From a virus (Duplodnaviria > Heunggongvirae > Uroviricota > Caudoviricetes), in IMG/VR virus record IMGVR_UViG_3300045836_000108, positions 1 to 64,000 of that record: DNA of 64,000 nucleotides. One strand, written 5' to 3'. The position numbers and the translations under genes are program-made. The number at the start of each line of letters is the position of its first letter. The first letter of the stretch is position 1. A model generated the notes under the pieces. It saw only the letters and a program-made list of their open reading frames with translations, was not told the origin of the DNA and did no database searches. Below are positions 44,786 through 54,069 of the stretch, piece after piece.

Positions 44786-45127
44786 TTACTCGTCACGGCC
44801 AAAAGCGGAATCCCGCGCCCTACGCAACACACGGATCAGCCGGTTCAGCTCATCCCTGGACAACGGCGGCAGGAACCGCTCCGTGGCCGTGTTGTTGGGA
44901 GGCCAACAATCCGCACCCTCATAGTCCTCCCACGGCTGCGGCTCATGCGACACCACTGTCAGCTGCACGTAGCCCTTAACCTGGGAGCCGTCGTGCCAGC
45001 GCACATACAAGATGTCGTCCATCTCAGCCGTGGCACCCTCATCCGAGCCCCGCAGACCGGGCAGGCCGGGCAGGCCGTGCAGCATTTTCCGCCAATGCGC
45101 AAAGTTGATCTGTTCCTTCGGCATCAC
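44786..45127 (-). CDS. Hypothetical protein (113 aa)
   Basis: GTG/ATG after GGAGGTGGC RBS. Confidence 0.5.
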   Translation of the reverse strand: MMPKEQINFAHWRKMLHGLPGLPGLRGSDEGATAEMDDILYVRWHDGSQVKGYVQLTVVSHEPQPWEDYEGADCWPPNNTATERFLPPLSRDELNRLIRVLRRARDSAFGRDE

Positions 45128-45183
45128 GCCACCTCCATCACGGAGAACACTCCCCTCACGGGAGCACTAGCGGGATGCTAGCA

Positions 45184-45208
45184 GGCAGCCCCCGCATCCC
45201 GGGGGCTG
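45184..45208. terminator. Palindromic hairpin GCAGCCCCCG-CATCC-CGGGGGCTGC
   Basis: Perfect 10-bp stem between two leftward genes. Confidence 0.45.
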
Positions 45209-45218
45209 CCTTGCGCTG

Positions 45219-45479
45219 CTACTTCTTGTGCTTCGGTTCCGGCTTGTCCGCCGTCTCCTCCGCCTGCTTCTGCTGCGGCGTGTACTGCTCCCAGTCCTGA
45301 GCTGCCTGATCCTCGTCGTTCGGAGCCCAATCAGTGGCGTCCGGAGCGTCCGGGGAGTGCAGCTTCAGCTTTGACTGAGACTCCTCCACGTGGTGCCGCA
45401 GATGCTGGTCCTGCGGCCAGCCCTGCCGACGTACCGCGTGCTGTTCCGTTGCGAGCTTGTGAGCGTCCATGAAGTTCAT
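45219..45479 (-). CDS. Hypothetical protein (86 aa)
   Basis: ORF track; acidic/Gln-rich C-terminus. Confidence 0.45.
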   Translation of the reverse strand: MNFMDAHKLATEQHAVRRQGWPQDQHLRHHVEESQSKLKLHSPDAPDATDWAPNDEDQAAQDWEQYTPQQKQAEETADKPEPKHKK

Positions 45480-45508
45480 GCCGCCCCGGCTACCCCCATC
45501 CGCCGGAG

Positions 45509-45757
45509 CTACACGCCCAATTCCGAACTCAACGCCCCGTCCATCGACAACAGCGTGGCCCGCACAAAACAGTCCTTGGCCTCCAGCAGCTTCCGCAGCC
45601 CCGCCGTCAGCTCTATGCCGTCCGGCAACGACAGCGCAAGCTCCTGCGCCAAGATGGAGAACTTCATGGACACGTCAGCTAGAGCCTGCGGCAGGTGCCC
45701 GTACTCAAACAGCCGCAGCATATGCTGAGTAGCGGGATGGCGGTTAGAGAACGGCAT
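45509..45757 (-). CDS. Hypothetical protein (82 aa)
   Basis: ORF track. Confidence 0.45.
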   Translation of the reverse strand: MPFSNRHPATQHMLRLFEYGHLPQALADVSMKFSILAQELALSLPDGIELTAGLRKLLEAKDCFVRATLLSMDGALSSELGV

Positions 45758-45777
45758 CGGTTCCTCCAGTGGCGGGC

Positions 45778-46047
45778 TCAGGGCCGGACCTTAATACGCT
45801 GCACAATCAGGATGTGCCAGTCAGTGGCTTCCTTGTCGTCCCGCGCAGGCCGGTACGGTACAAACCCAACCCCAGGCAGATGCAACACCAACTCGCCATC
45901 ATCTGCCTCTACCCACCAAGTAATAGACCAACCAGACCGCTTCACCGGCTGAACACCCCAGCGGGTGCCGTCCTCCCGGGGCTCGCCGTTGAAGAGGCAG
46001 TCCATAGCCTCCTCAAACGACATGCCGGTTTTCACTCCAACCACCAC
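45778..46047 (-). CDS. Hypothetical protein (89 aa)
   Basis: ORF track; overlaps stop of upstream gene. Confidence 0.45.
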   Translation of the reverse strand: MVVGVKTGMSFEEAMDCLFNGEPREDGTRWGVQPVKRSGWSITWWVEADDGELVLHLPGVGFVPYRPARDDKEATDWHILIVQRIKVRP

Positions 46048-47813
46048 GTAGCTGTTGGAGCAGTGGTCCCGTTGATCTGGAACCAGCCCTGAGGACCCAC
46101 CCGCAGCTGATACAGCGTCAACGCCCCAGCAGCCTGCGTGTACACCGTCGTCATCGACGGAGCCGACGCCCCGCCCATCAACGCCGACAGCTGGATCGTG
46201 GTGATACCTGTACCGCCGGTCAGGTTAATGGTGACCCAACGGCCATACGGGTTCATGATCGCCGTGTTAACCGACAACGATGGAGGGCTGGAAGCAGGAC
46301 CGGGGAACTGGAAATCGCAGATCACCTGCATGGGGGTGGCTGAGCCAAGCGTCGGCGCAGCGGCGCCGTTGCCCTTGAAATGCAGCACGCCGCAGGCGGC
46401 TACCATCCCGGAGGAGTTGTCGCGGATGGTTTGAGTGCCTTCCGTGTCTACCGCCCCAGAGATCATCGGTCCAACACCGGACTGCCCGGGACCGATGATC
46501 TCCAGCATGTTGTTGCAGCCCTCAATGGAGATCTGCGACAAGTTCATGCCGTGGGAAGCGCCCACGCCCGGGTTGGAGTGCCCTGACCCGGCATCGTCGT
46601 AGTTCCCTACCGGGCAGATACCGGACCAGCAATACAACATCACCCCACCAAGCCAGTCGGTGTGCTCCGTCATGAACAGGCCGCGCGTGTACCCGCCATG
46701 GCAGATCACGTTCCGGAGCTGGTTGTTGTCGTTGTTGCCAGCAGACGGCAGCAGGACGCCGATGGACAAGCCCGCGCTGAAACCATTCGGATTGTTGAAG
46801 TCCGCCGCCGCGTACGTGCCGGTAGTGCCGTAGCCAAAGTTCTCCAAGACGCAAGCGGCCACCCCGTGCATGTTCAGGGCGCCGTACGTCCAGCCGTTAG
46901 CCGAGTGCGTGGTGTAGACCTGCATATTCTGCAACCGCACCAGCGCGTTGTTGTACAGCAGGGAGTTGCCGCCGTAGCCGTACGCTCCGGTCTGCCCGGA
47001 GATCACAGCAGGGTTGCCGGACGCCGTCAGAGAGTTGGTTTGAGCTGTGGCGTTGGGGAACACCCCGAACGACACCAGAGTGGAACCGGACAGCTGCGGA
47101 GTCTTCTGATGCCAGTGCCGGGTGGTTCCGCCGTCGGTGGCGCCGAGAATGATCAGCTCCACCTTGTTGCCGGTGTCCGGCTGCACCGGGATAGTCAACT
47201 GCCCGTTGCAGCCGTTGACGCCCGGCTGGAGTGCCCCGGCAACGCCGTAAAACAGCCCGTTACCTGGTGGGATCCACACAAGGCCCATGCCGTACTTCTG
47301 GCCGTAGGCGAAAGCCGCGTTGATGGTGGCCTGTATCGCAGCCGTGTCGTCGGTTGCCCACAGCACCAGGAGACTGGACGCGGTGGCCGTAGCCGCAGCG
47401 GAGAGGGTCACCGTGGACGCGGACGTGTAGCCGGTGATCGTGGCCACTAGGGATGTCGCTCCGGACGTCAGAGCGCCCTTGACCTGAATGGCTTTGCCAA
47501 CGTCAGCCCGGGTGAACGGCGCCGACGGGCACGTAAGCACATTAGAGCTGGCGGTAACGGAACCGTCTGTTGCCGCCTGCCCGTCTCCCTTAGCGCCGTA
47601 GGTGCGGACGTCAAACACCCAAGAACCGGCATTGACTACCGACTGGTAGCTGCCGGTGTTGCCGGTTGTCGAGACCGGAACTTGCCCTACCTGTGCGACA
47701 GACGGGGCGTTGAAGCCGTTGACGGACGCCCCGCCGACGGTGAGCTGATCCAGGTACACGGGCCCCGGGATGAACCGCTCAGTGGTAACCACATATGGCT
47801 CGGTGGCAGTCAC
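46032..47813 (-). CDS. Second right-handed beta-helix protein (depolymerase/tailspike candidate)
   Basis: GTG after AGGAAA RBS at 47813; VRTYGAKGDGQAATDG pectate-lyase-like signature; N-terminal domain shared with 47873..48547. Confidence 0.55.
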   Translation of the reverse strand: MTATEPYVVTTERFIPGPVYLDQLTVGGASVNGFNAPSVAQVGQVPVSTTGNTGSYQSVVNAGSWVFDVRTYGAKGDGQAATDGSVTASSNVLTCPSAPFTRADVGKAIQVKGALTSGATSLVATITGYTSASTVTLSAAATATASSLLVLWATDDTAAIQATINAAFAYGQKYGMGLVWIPPGNGLFYGVAGALQPGVNGCNGQLTIPVQPDTGNKVELIILGATDGGTTRHWHQKTPQLSGSTLVSFGVFPNATAQTNSLTASGNPAVISGQTGAYGYGGNSLLYNNALVRLQNMQVYTTHSANGWTYGALNMHGVAACVLENFGYGTTGTYAAADFNNPNGFSAGLSIGVLLPSAGNNDNNQLRNVICHGGYTRGLFMTEHTDWLGGVMLYCWSGICPVGNYDDAGSGHSNPGVGASHGMNLSQISIEGCNNMLEIIGPGQSGVGPMISGAVDTEGTQTIRDNSSGMVAACGVLHFKGNGAAAPTLGSATPMQVICDFQFPGPASSPPSLSVNTAIMNPYGRWVTINLTGGTGITTIQLSALMGGASAPSMTTVYTQAAGALTLYQLRVGPQGWFQINGTTAPTATWWLE

Positions 47814-47872
47814 GGGTTTCCTCCCGGACGGTGAAGCTACAGCGCCCCCAGGCGGACCTGGGGACAGGGGTA

Positions 47873-48547
47873 TCAGCTGAAGTAGCCGTAGATCTGGTGA
47901 CCGGCCGTCGGCGTGATCGTGCCCAGGCTGGACCCGGCAGCTACCGGCGTGGTCTGCGACGTCAGCGACGTACCGCACCAGATAGGCGCTGCCGTGGCCA
48001 GTCCGGCGTGGGTGAATGCCGGTGCGCTGGCGAACGTTGGCATCGTACCTGCCACTACACACACAAACAGGTAGTAGTAGCCGGTGTAGGTGGTGGTGAA
48101 CGACGGGATGGCCGTGGTCGTGAGGGTGTTGGCGGCGAAGTACGCTGCGCCGGTGTTGTCGGCGGACACGGTCAACACCTTGTTGGTGTTGTCGGCCAGG
48201 CCAACCCAGGCGTGGGTGCCGGTAGCCTCCGCTGCGACGGAGAACAGAGTCAGGTTCGACAGGGTCAGACCTGCCTCGATAGGCAGCAGCGTCTCATACA
48301 CGGTGCCGGACGTCAGCGCAGCGGAGGTGGAGGTGGCCGACATGCGGCCATCCACCGACGCGGCCTTGGCACCGGACGGCTCCAGGTACTGGTACATCCA
48401 GGCCTTGGAGCCGGTGATACCGCCGGAGGCGACGATGGGGCCGTTGAAGGCGTTGTTGCCGGTGCCCTGGAGGGTCAGCTGGTCAATAGCGACGGTGCCG
48501 GGGGTGTACTGCCCGGTCACTACGACGTTGGGTGCGACGGCGTTCAT
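47873..48547 (-). CDS. Structural protein (224 aa) sharing its N-terminal domain with the downstream beta-helix protein
   Basis: P.VVT..PG.V.IDQLTLQG..N.FNGP.VA motif common to both N-termini. Confidence 0.5.
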   Translation of the reverse strand: MNAVAPNVVVTGQYTPGTVAIDQLTLQGTGNNAFNGPIVASGGITGSKAWMYQYLEPSGAKAASVDGRMSATSTSAALTSGTVYETLLPIEAGLTLSNLTLFSVAAEATGTHAWVGLADNTNKVLTVSADNTGAAYFAANTLTTTAIPSFTTTYTGYYYLFVCVVAGTMPTFASAPAFTHAGLATAAPIWCGTSLTSQTTPVAAGSSLGTITPTAGHQIYGYFS

Positions 48548-48611
48548 CTGTGTTTACCCGATCTGCTTGGGGATGAGTGCCGGGACGTCCTGCGCCCTCA
48601 GCGGGTGACCA

Positions 48612-50288
48612 CTAGGCATCGTTGCTCCTTCCCGGCCCGGGAAGCTGCTTCAGAGCTTCTTTCCGGCGGGCCCTGTACGCGCGGTCCCACGATGCCGTCA
48701 GAGCGCGCCTATCGGCCTCTGAGGCTGTTTCCCGGGGCGGCTTGCCCTGAGTGGCGTCCTTAGGAAGTCCCGGACCAACAAGCGGCGACATCTTGGCGTT
48801 GGGATGCATGTCCGGGACTGGAGCGACCTTCCCGCCTGACACCGCAGCAGCATTAGCAGCCAAAGCAGCCGGAGGCTCCGGAACCTCAGCGTCCGGCAGT
48901 CCCGGCACGTAGCCGTTGACACCGGCAGCGGTCAGAGGGGCAGCGTTCTTGCCGACGCTGGCCTTGGACATCGCTTCCATGTCGTCCCACGCCACGATGC
49001 CGGTGCGGGTGTCCACGATGTTGATGTCTCCGCCGTCGATAGGCGGCTTGCCCAGTTCCGCACGCCAGTCGTTGACGGAGTACGCACCGTACTTGAGCCG
49101 CAGCTCACGCACCTGCTCCACCGTGAGACTGTCACGGAAGTCCACCTCGGCGAACTCCAGATGCCAGCCTTTGATGCCGAATCCCTGCTGAACGATGTGG
49201 TAGTTCAGCTTCTCCAGCAGAAGGTTGGCGATCGGGATGACCGTGTTCACCTGGAACGACTTGTTTTGTGCCTCGCCGGAGCCGCCGCCGATGTTGCCGG
49301 TCTCGATGATCCCCACCTTGGACGGGGGAACGCCGAACGCTGCGATAATCTGGTCCCGCAGCACCCGCTCCGTGTCCAGGTAGTCGGAGACCTTACGCGG
49401 GTCCAGCACCTGCACAGCGCCGCCGCCGGAGGTAATGACGGGGTTGCCGACGGCTTTGGGCCCCAGGTTGAACACCTGGTACTGCTCCCGCCAGCGTTGG
49501 ATGTCGGTGTCTTCGTAGTGGGCCAGGTCCACGTGGATGCGGGGCGGGTCTCCGCGCCGGAAGCATTCCTGGATGGTGGCCATGGTGAAGATCCAGGCGG
49601 TAACCGGAAGCAGGGCTAGCTGCGCCGGGGACACGCCGTACAGGCCTCCGCGCGGGGAGTCCAGGGAGATGTGCACCACCTCGTGGATCTTGAACTCTGC
49701 CTGCCGTAGCCCATCCACGTCCTGCCGGTAGCCGGTCACTTCCCCATGGGAGTCCGCAATCACGGTCATGGTGGTGGCGTCCAGCAGGTATAGAGCAACC
49801 GGCTGCCCCAGAAGCCAGATCACCTCAATGTAGGCGTCGCCAAAGAGCTGCAAGGACGTGATGACCATCCGCAGCAGCTGGATGATGTCCTGGGTTTCGT
49901 TGGTGAACTTCATCAGACGGCGCAGGTTAAGCACCTCTGGTGGCTCTTCCGGGACTTCATCCTCGGGTACGTCATCGTCTGGGACTATCTGGAGCCCTCC
50001 GGCGGTGACGGTGCGGGCGATAACGCCGATAGCGCTGCTCATCCAGCCGCAGGTGTTGTAGGCGTCGTGGAGGTGTTGGAGCAGTTGTTGACGCTCTGCC
50101 GATGCTGCCATCTGCTGGGACGGCATGTCGGAGGTGAGGGGGACGCCGAATTCAAAGCCGCGTCGGCGGATCTGCGCTGCGGTCCATTCGGGCATGAGCG
50201 CTTGGGCGGATGGTGCGTTTTGTTTGGCTTCTTGGGACTGCTCGGTGCGGAAGCCGAGGAGGCGTGCGAGGCCGTTGCCGACACCCAT
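48612..50288 (-). CDS. Portal protein
   Basis: 558 aa; after terminase in transcription order; typical portal size/composition. Confidence 0.65.
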   Translation of the reverse strand: MGVGNGLARLLGFRTEQSQEAKQNAPSAQALMPEWTAAQIRRRGFEFGVPLTSDMPSQQMAASAERQQLLQHLHDAYNTCGWMSSAIGVIARTVTAGGLQIVPDDDVPEDEVPEEPPEVLNLRRLMKFTNETQDIIQLLRMVITSLQLFGDAYIEVIWLLGQPVALYLLDATTMTVIADSHGEVTGYRQDVDGLRQAEFKIHEVVHISLDSPRGGLYGVSPAQLALLPVTAWIFTMATIQECFRRGDPPRIHVDLAHYEDTDIQRWREQYQVFNLGPKAVGNPVITSGGGAVQVLDPRKVSDYLDTERVLRDQIIAAFGVPPSKVGIIETGNIGGGSGEAQNKSFQVNTVIPIANLLLEKLNYHIVQQGFGIKGWHLEFAEVDFRDSLTVEQVRELRLKYGAYSVNDWRAELGKPPIDGGDINIVDTRTGIVAWDDMEAMSKASVGKNAAPLTAAGVNGYVPGLPDAEVPEPPAALAANAAAVSGGKVAPVPDMHPNAKMSPLVGPGLPKDATQGKPPRETASEADRRALTASWDRAYRARRKEALKQLPGPGRSNDA

Positions 50289-50313
50289 TCAGTGCCTCCT
50301 TCACAGGTTAAAC

Positions 50314-50361
50314 GGGCTTTACTTTGTTTAGGGGGTCAGCTAGGGTTGGACTCGTAAGCCA
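50314..50361 (+). promoter_or_regulatory. Conserved promoter module copy (GGGCTTTACTTTGTTTAG..TAGGGT..CGTAAGCCA)
   Basis: Matches the 13-copy consensus; followed by GAGGAGA and ATG 50383. Confidence 0.55.
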
Positions 50362-50382
50362 ACCAACCCAGAGGAGAACCTG

Positions 50383-50823
50383 ATGGCCCACAGCAACGCC
50401 ACCCTCATCACCTACTTCAACGAGGACGGCAGCATCAGCTCCAGCGAGATCGTCACCGACGCCGAGCTGACCGACGACAACGTCACCATGCGGGAACTCC
50501 GCCAGGACGTCCAGGACATCGCCAACAGCGGAGGCCTGACCGTCTACGTCTGCCGCGTCGTCTCCGCCGAGGACGAGATCTGGGACTCGGAAAAGGTTCT
50601 GGCTGCCATCCGCGCCGACAAGTTTGCCAAGCTGTACAAGGCTGAGGAACTGGTGAAGATGAACACGGCGTTGGCCGAAGCCGGGATGGACTCCGCCACC
50701 CGCGAGCGGGGTGCCCGGCAGCTGGAGAAGAACAAGAAGGCGCTGCGGAAGGGCATTGACGCCCTGTCGCAGGACGAACTGAAGCTGTACGGCGACTACC
50801 GGCAGCGGATGCTGGGCTACTAA
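50383..50823 (+). CDS. Hypothetical acidic protein (146 aa) on the opposite strand between portal and terminase
   Basis: Own promoter module and own terminator. Confidence 0.55.
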   Translation: MAHSNATLITYFNEDGSISSSEIVTDAELTDDNVTMRELRQDVQDIANSGGLTVYVCRVVSAEDEIWDSEKVLAAIRADKFAKLYKAEELVKMNTALAEAGMDSATRERGARQLEKNKKALRKGIDALSQDELKLYGDYRQRMLGY

Positions 50824-50840
50824 GCCCAAGCCGCTAGAAA

Positions 50841-50867
50841 GCCCCCAGGAGCACCCTGGGGGCTTTC
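50841..50867 (+). terminator. Intrinsic terminator GCCCCCAGGAGCACCCTGGGGGC + TTTCCC
   Basis: Hairpin directly after stop of 50383..50823. Confidence 0.5.
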
Positions 50868-50915
50868 CCGTGTCCAGGAACCACCCAGACGGCTACGGGG
50901 CCGGGAGGATTGCTC

Positions 50916-51104
50916 CTAGGCAGTCTCCCGCTGCATTCCCGGGCAGTCGCAGAGGCGGCACCGGTACGGGCAGTCCCGGTCCGGCCAAGACCTCCACGCC
51001 CACTCCGGGCACTCGTGGCTGTCATCATGGGAGTGGTGGACGTCGGCGTGGCCGCACCCCGTACACGCCGCTACTACACGTAGAACCTGTAGACCGGTGT
51101 TCAT
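50916..51104 (-). CDS. Small Cys/His-rich protein (62 aa; CTGCGH..HHSH..HEC..C..C.C.C)
   Basis: High GC3 after the first 12 codons; weak start context. Confidence 0.3.
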   Translation of the reverse strand: MNTGLQVLRVVAACTGCGHADVHHSHDDSHECPEWAWRSWPDRDCPYRCRLCDCPGMQRETA

Positions 51105-51131
51105 CAGGGCCCTTTCAGTAGGCTTGGAGGC

Positions 51132-51431
51132 GTGCCCAAAGCTACCTGCCTCAAGTGCTCCAACACCGCCACAATCGCCATGCTCTGCGGCAAGTGCTAT
51201 CGCAACAGCCAGACGGAAGTGCCGGTTGCCCACCGGCCGGAACCGCGCGTTACGAAAATCCCCACGGCTGCCGGACCTGCGGTTTCTTACGAAACTCCAC
51301 CAGCTGGAGTGCAGCAGACCCGCTGTGAAGCCCCGGGCTGCGAGACTTTCGTAAGCCAACAGCCGACTGGCCGCCGCAAGCGGTTCTGCTCCGCGCGCTG
51401 CCGGGTGCGCTTCAACGCCGCCAAGGACTAG
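51132..51431 (+). CDS. Zinc-finger protein with N-terminal CxxC..CxxC and C-terminal RKRFCSARCR (FCS-like) motif
   Basis: 99 aa; + strand, converging on the large terminase gene. Confidence 0.45.
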   Translation: MPKATCLKCSNTATIAMLCGKCYRNSQTEVPVAHRPEPRVTKIPTAAGPAVSYETPPAGVQQTRCEAPGCETFVSQQPTGRRKRFCSARCRVRFNAAKD

Positions 51432-52984
51432 ATCCCCCACGGGTTCCCTGACGGGTGCAGCACCGGGAAGCCCCCGATGACCTCTCCCTTGTAGGCCGGG
51501 GTGAACTCTCCCCGCTGCTTCGGGTCCAACACGACGTCGCCGCCCGTAGGGACCGGCTCCGGCCAGTGGAACCGCACCTCGTTGCCCAGGTTCACCAGCA
51601 TGTACCGGAGCGCGTCTGCGGCATGGTCTGGGGCTTTAGGGTCTGAGTCCTCCGGGTTGCCGGTCTTGGCGTACGGCAAGTCCGCAAGCTCACTGAACAG
51701 CTTCATGCACGGGGAGAAAATGTGCAGCCTCGGGCAGGTTTCCCAACCCTCCGCCGCGTGCATCCGGCAAGCCGGAGCCTCAGCAAGGAACGAGTGGACA
51801 CGCTGCCAGCCCGCTACCCGGCTGCCCGGTCCCTTCCCTGCCTTCTCCAGATGCACGCCGTTCTCCGCGTACACCTGCGCGATGGGCTTAGCGTCACCGT
51901 TAACAGCCCACATTGCGTCGTCTGCGTACCGGGCTGTGATGGACTCTCCCGGCTGCTCTGCGGCCAAAATAGACCGTGCCTGTTCTGTCTCCCCGATACC
52001 GGTCTGGTAGATCTCCCGATAGATCCACAACCGCTTGTCCTCGTCCAAAGCACCCCACAGGACAGCCCACGGCGCTGCGAAACCCCAGTCCACAGACATG
52101 TACCGGCGCCACGTCTCCGGCAACGTCAAAGGCTGCACCACATGCCGGTCGTACGACAGCTCCGGGAACACCTGGCCCTCAAAGACGTCCCAGTTGCCGT
52201 CCACGTAGGCCTTGCGGAGCTGTTCCGGCAGACCCATCAAGTCCGCGCGGTACTCCTCATTCAGGTGCGGGTTGTCCGACAGCTTCGACGGGATGAAACG
52301 CACTGTCCGCTTGCGTTTCTCATCCAACACGACTTCCTGGCCGTACTTGGTGGGCTTGATGTACCGGTCCTTGGTGGCCGAGTGCGACGGGCCACCAGGG
52401 TTGGAACCAGACCGGATACCCAACACCGGAATGTTGTTGCCGGACCGCAGCCGCGACTCCAGGAACGTCAACACGTCCGACGGCGTCAGCGTCCGCTCAT
52501 CAAACAGCAACAGCTGAAACTCGGAGCCCTGACGGCGGGAAGCGTCCACCATGTTCTCGGCGTACCGGAACATCATGATCGAGCCGTTCGGGAACCTCAG
52601 CTCGTAGTCCCCACCAGCCCACTTAGCGCCAAGGACGTTAGCAAACCCGTAGGATGCCAACTCCTTAATCAGCGACTCCTTCAGCTCCGGGTACGTCCTC
52701 CGGAACGCACCCACCCGGATACCCGGGTACCGCACACACGCCCGGATACCCTCCATCAGCAGGGCAACAGTCTTCCCGCCGCCAACAGCACCGCCGTACA
52801 ACACGTCATACTCGGTGGCGTCGTGGAACATCTGCTGACGCGGCGTCGGAACGTAGCCCAGAGCAGCGAAAACGTCCGTACGCCGCATCTTCTCAAGCTG
52901 GATCTTGTTGTACTGCTCCTGAAGCCTCTTCAGCTCCTCCAGCCGGGAGAGCTTGTACGCTGCCAGGCTCATCTCCCCAGCCAT
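51428..52984 (-). CDS. Terminase large subunit (start uncertain; frame open to 53086)
   Basis: Walker A-like GGAVGGGKT near the N-terminus; ~520-550 aa; ATG 52984 has a GGAGGGA RBS. Confidence 0.7.
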   Translation of the reverse strand: MAGEMSLAAYKLSRLEELKRLQEQYNKIQLEKMRRTDVFAALGYVPTPRQQMFHDATEYDVLYGGAVGGGKTVALLMEGIRACVRYPGIRVGAFRRTYPELKESLIKELASYGFANVLGAKWAGGDYELRFPNGSIMMFRYAENMVDASRRQGSEFQLLLFDERTLTPSDVLTFLESRLRSGNNIPVLGIRSGSNPGGPSHSATKDRYIKPTKYGQEVVLDEKRKRTVRFIPSKLSDNPHLNEEYRADLMGLPEQLRKAYVDGNWDVFEGQVFPELSYDRHVVQPLTLPETWRRYMSVDWGFAAPWAVLWGALDEDKRLWIYREIYQTGIGETEQARSILAAEQPGESITARYADDAMWAVNGDAKPIAQVYAENGVHLEKAGKGPGSRVAGWQRVHSFLAEAPACRMHAAEGWETCPRLHIFSPCMKLFSELADLPYAKTGNPEDSDPKAPDHAADALRYMLVNLGNEVRFHWPEPVPTGGDVVLDPKQRGEFTPAYKGEVIGGFPVLHPSGNPWGI

Positions 52985-53408
52985 ACTCGGATCCCTCCAG
53001 ACGGAGCTGCTTACCCAACTCTTCAATCTGCCTGTCGATAGCGTCCACGGACGTGATCTCCAGGTTGACCTGGAGCGTCGGGTCAAGCTTCAACAGCTTG
53101 CAGATACGGTCCGTGACCTTCAAGACCATGTCGCCTGCGCCCTTGTCGCCCTTTACCGCGTCACCCCAGAAGGCCCGCCGCATCCGCAGCAGCACCAGCA
53201 GCTGTTCCTCGATGAGGAGGTCCACGTTGCGGGTGCGTTCCATGACGTGCTGCTCAAGAGCACGGTCGATGTCTACCGCTGCTGCGGAGCGTCCGGCGTA
53301 GCCCAGCTGGTCGGCAATCTGCTGGTAGGTGAGGCCTGCCAGTTTCAGCTCGACAGCTTGCGCTCGACGCTTGGCTGTAACGATCTGCTGCGCTTTGGAT
53401 GCCGCCAC
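52893..53408 (-). CDS. Terminase small subunit candidate (HTH-containing)
   Basis: GTG start; HTH LTYQQIADQLGY; immediately upstream of the large terminase. Confidence 0.5.
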   Translation of the reverse strand: MAASKAQQIVTAKRRAQAVELKLAGLTYQQIADQLGYAGRSAAAVDIDRALEQHVMERTRNVDLLIEEQLLVLLRMRRAFWGDAVKGDKGAGDMVLKVTDRICKLLKLDPTLQVNLEITSVDAIDRQIEELGKQLRLEGSEYGWGDEPGSVQALPAGGAEEASGAVQQDPA

Positions 53409-53472
53409 TGTTAGCCCAACTTTTGTGTTAGCGAGTACGTGCTTTCACGGTAAGGCAGGTAAGCCAGCTGGT

Positions 53473-53802
53473 CTAGCTGTGGGTTTTGTCTGTGGGGGTG
53501 TTTCCGCAGTGGCAGCCGGGATCGGGCATTGGGCAGTCCGCTTTGTGTTGTTTTGCCATTGCGTCGAGGTTGAGGCCGGTGCCGTCGTTGTGTTGGGGGG
53601 CGTGGGTGTTGCAGCTGAAGACGGCTATGGTGTGGGGGCCTGGGGGGTGGTGGAGGTCTCCGTAGGGGCCTTGCCGGTTGAGGTAGGTGTCTTCTTCTTG
53701 GGGGGTCATGGCGCGTTGCCATTGCCAGGTGGCGGGACCGTTGCAGTTTGTGTGTTGGCAGCCGTGTTGGCCGTCGGGGAGGCGCCAGTGGGGTTTAGCC
53801 AC
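53473..53802 (-). CDS. Cys/His-rich HNH-like protein upstream of terminase
   Basis: C..C..HH..HND..NLD..C...CHC pattern; position typical of terminase-associated HNH. Confidence 0.35.
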   Translation of the reverse strand: MAKPHWRLPDGQHGCQHTNCNGPATWQWQRAMTPQEEDTYLNRQGPYGDLHHPPGPHTIAVFSCNTHAPQHNDGTGLNLDAMAKQHKADCPMPDPGCHCGNTPTDKTHS

Positions 53803-54058
53803 GGGGGGTCTCCTCGGCTTGGGGGGTGTGGAGGTCGATGATCTCCTGGGTGGCTTTGGCTGCTAGTGGGGCGTAGCGGGTCTGGTAGTCGAGGAGCGCT
53901 TGTTCGGCGTAGTACCGCTGCCAGTCTTGGGCGGTGCCGTCCGGCGGGGTGGCCTTGGAGTGTTTTTTCACGGTGTCCTCCGGAGGCATTCGTAACAGTG
54001 GCGGATGTTGGGTGGGGTGTGTTTTTTTGTGAGGCTGTTTCGGGGGTCGGCTAGACAC
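53795..54058 (-). CDS. Hypothetical basic/Pro-rich protein (87 aa)
   Basis: ORF track; atypical-composition segment. Confidence 0.4.
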   Translation of the reverse strand: MSSRPPKQPHKKTHPTQHPPLLRMPPEDTVKKHSKATPPDGTAQDWQRYYAEQALLDYQTRYAPLAAKATQEIIDLHTPQAEETPRG

Positions 54059-54069
54059 ACGAGGCGGTG

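Noticed and set aside
50870-51121. 83-aa plus-strand ORF (MSRNHPDGYGAG...) overlapping the terminator and the Cys-rich minus-strand ORF
   Set aside because: Mediocre third-position GC. It begins inside a terminator hairpin and has no RBS. The minus-strand Cys-rich frame has the better coding signature, though it too is low confidence.
51722-53041. 439-aa plus-strand ORF antisense to the large terminase
   Set aside because: Same artefact class. The terminase frame has a Walker-A-like motif and proper context.
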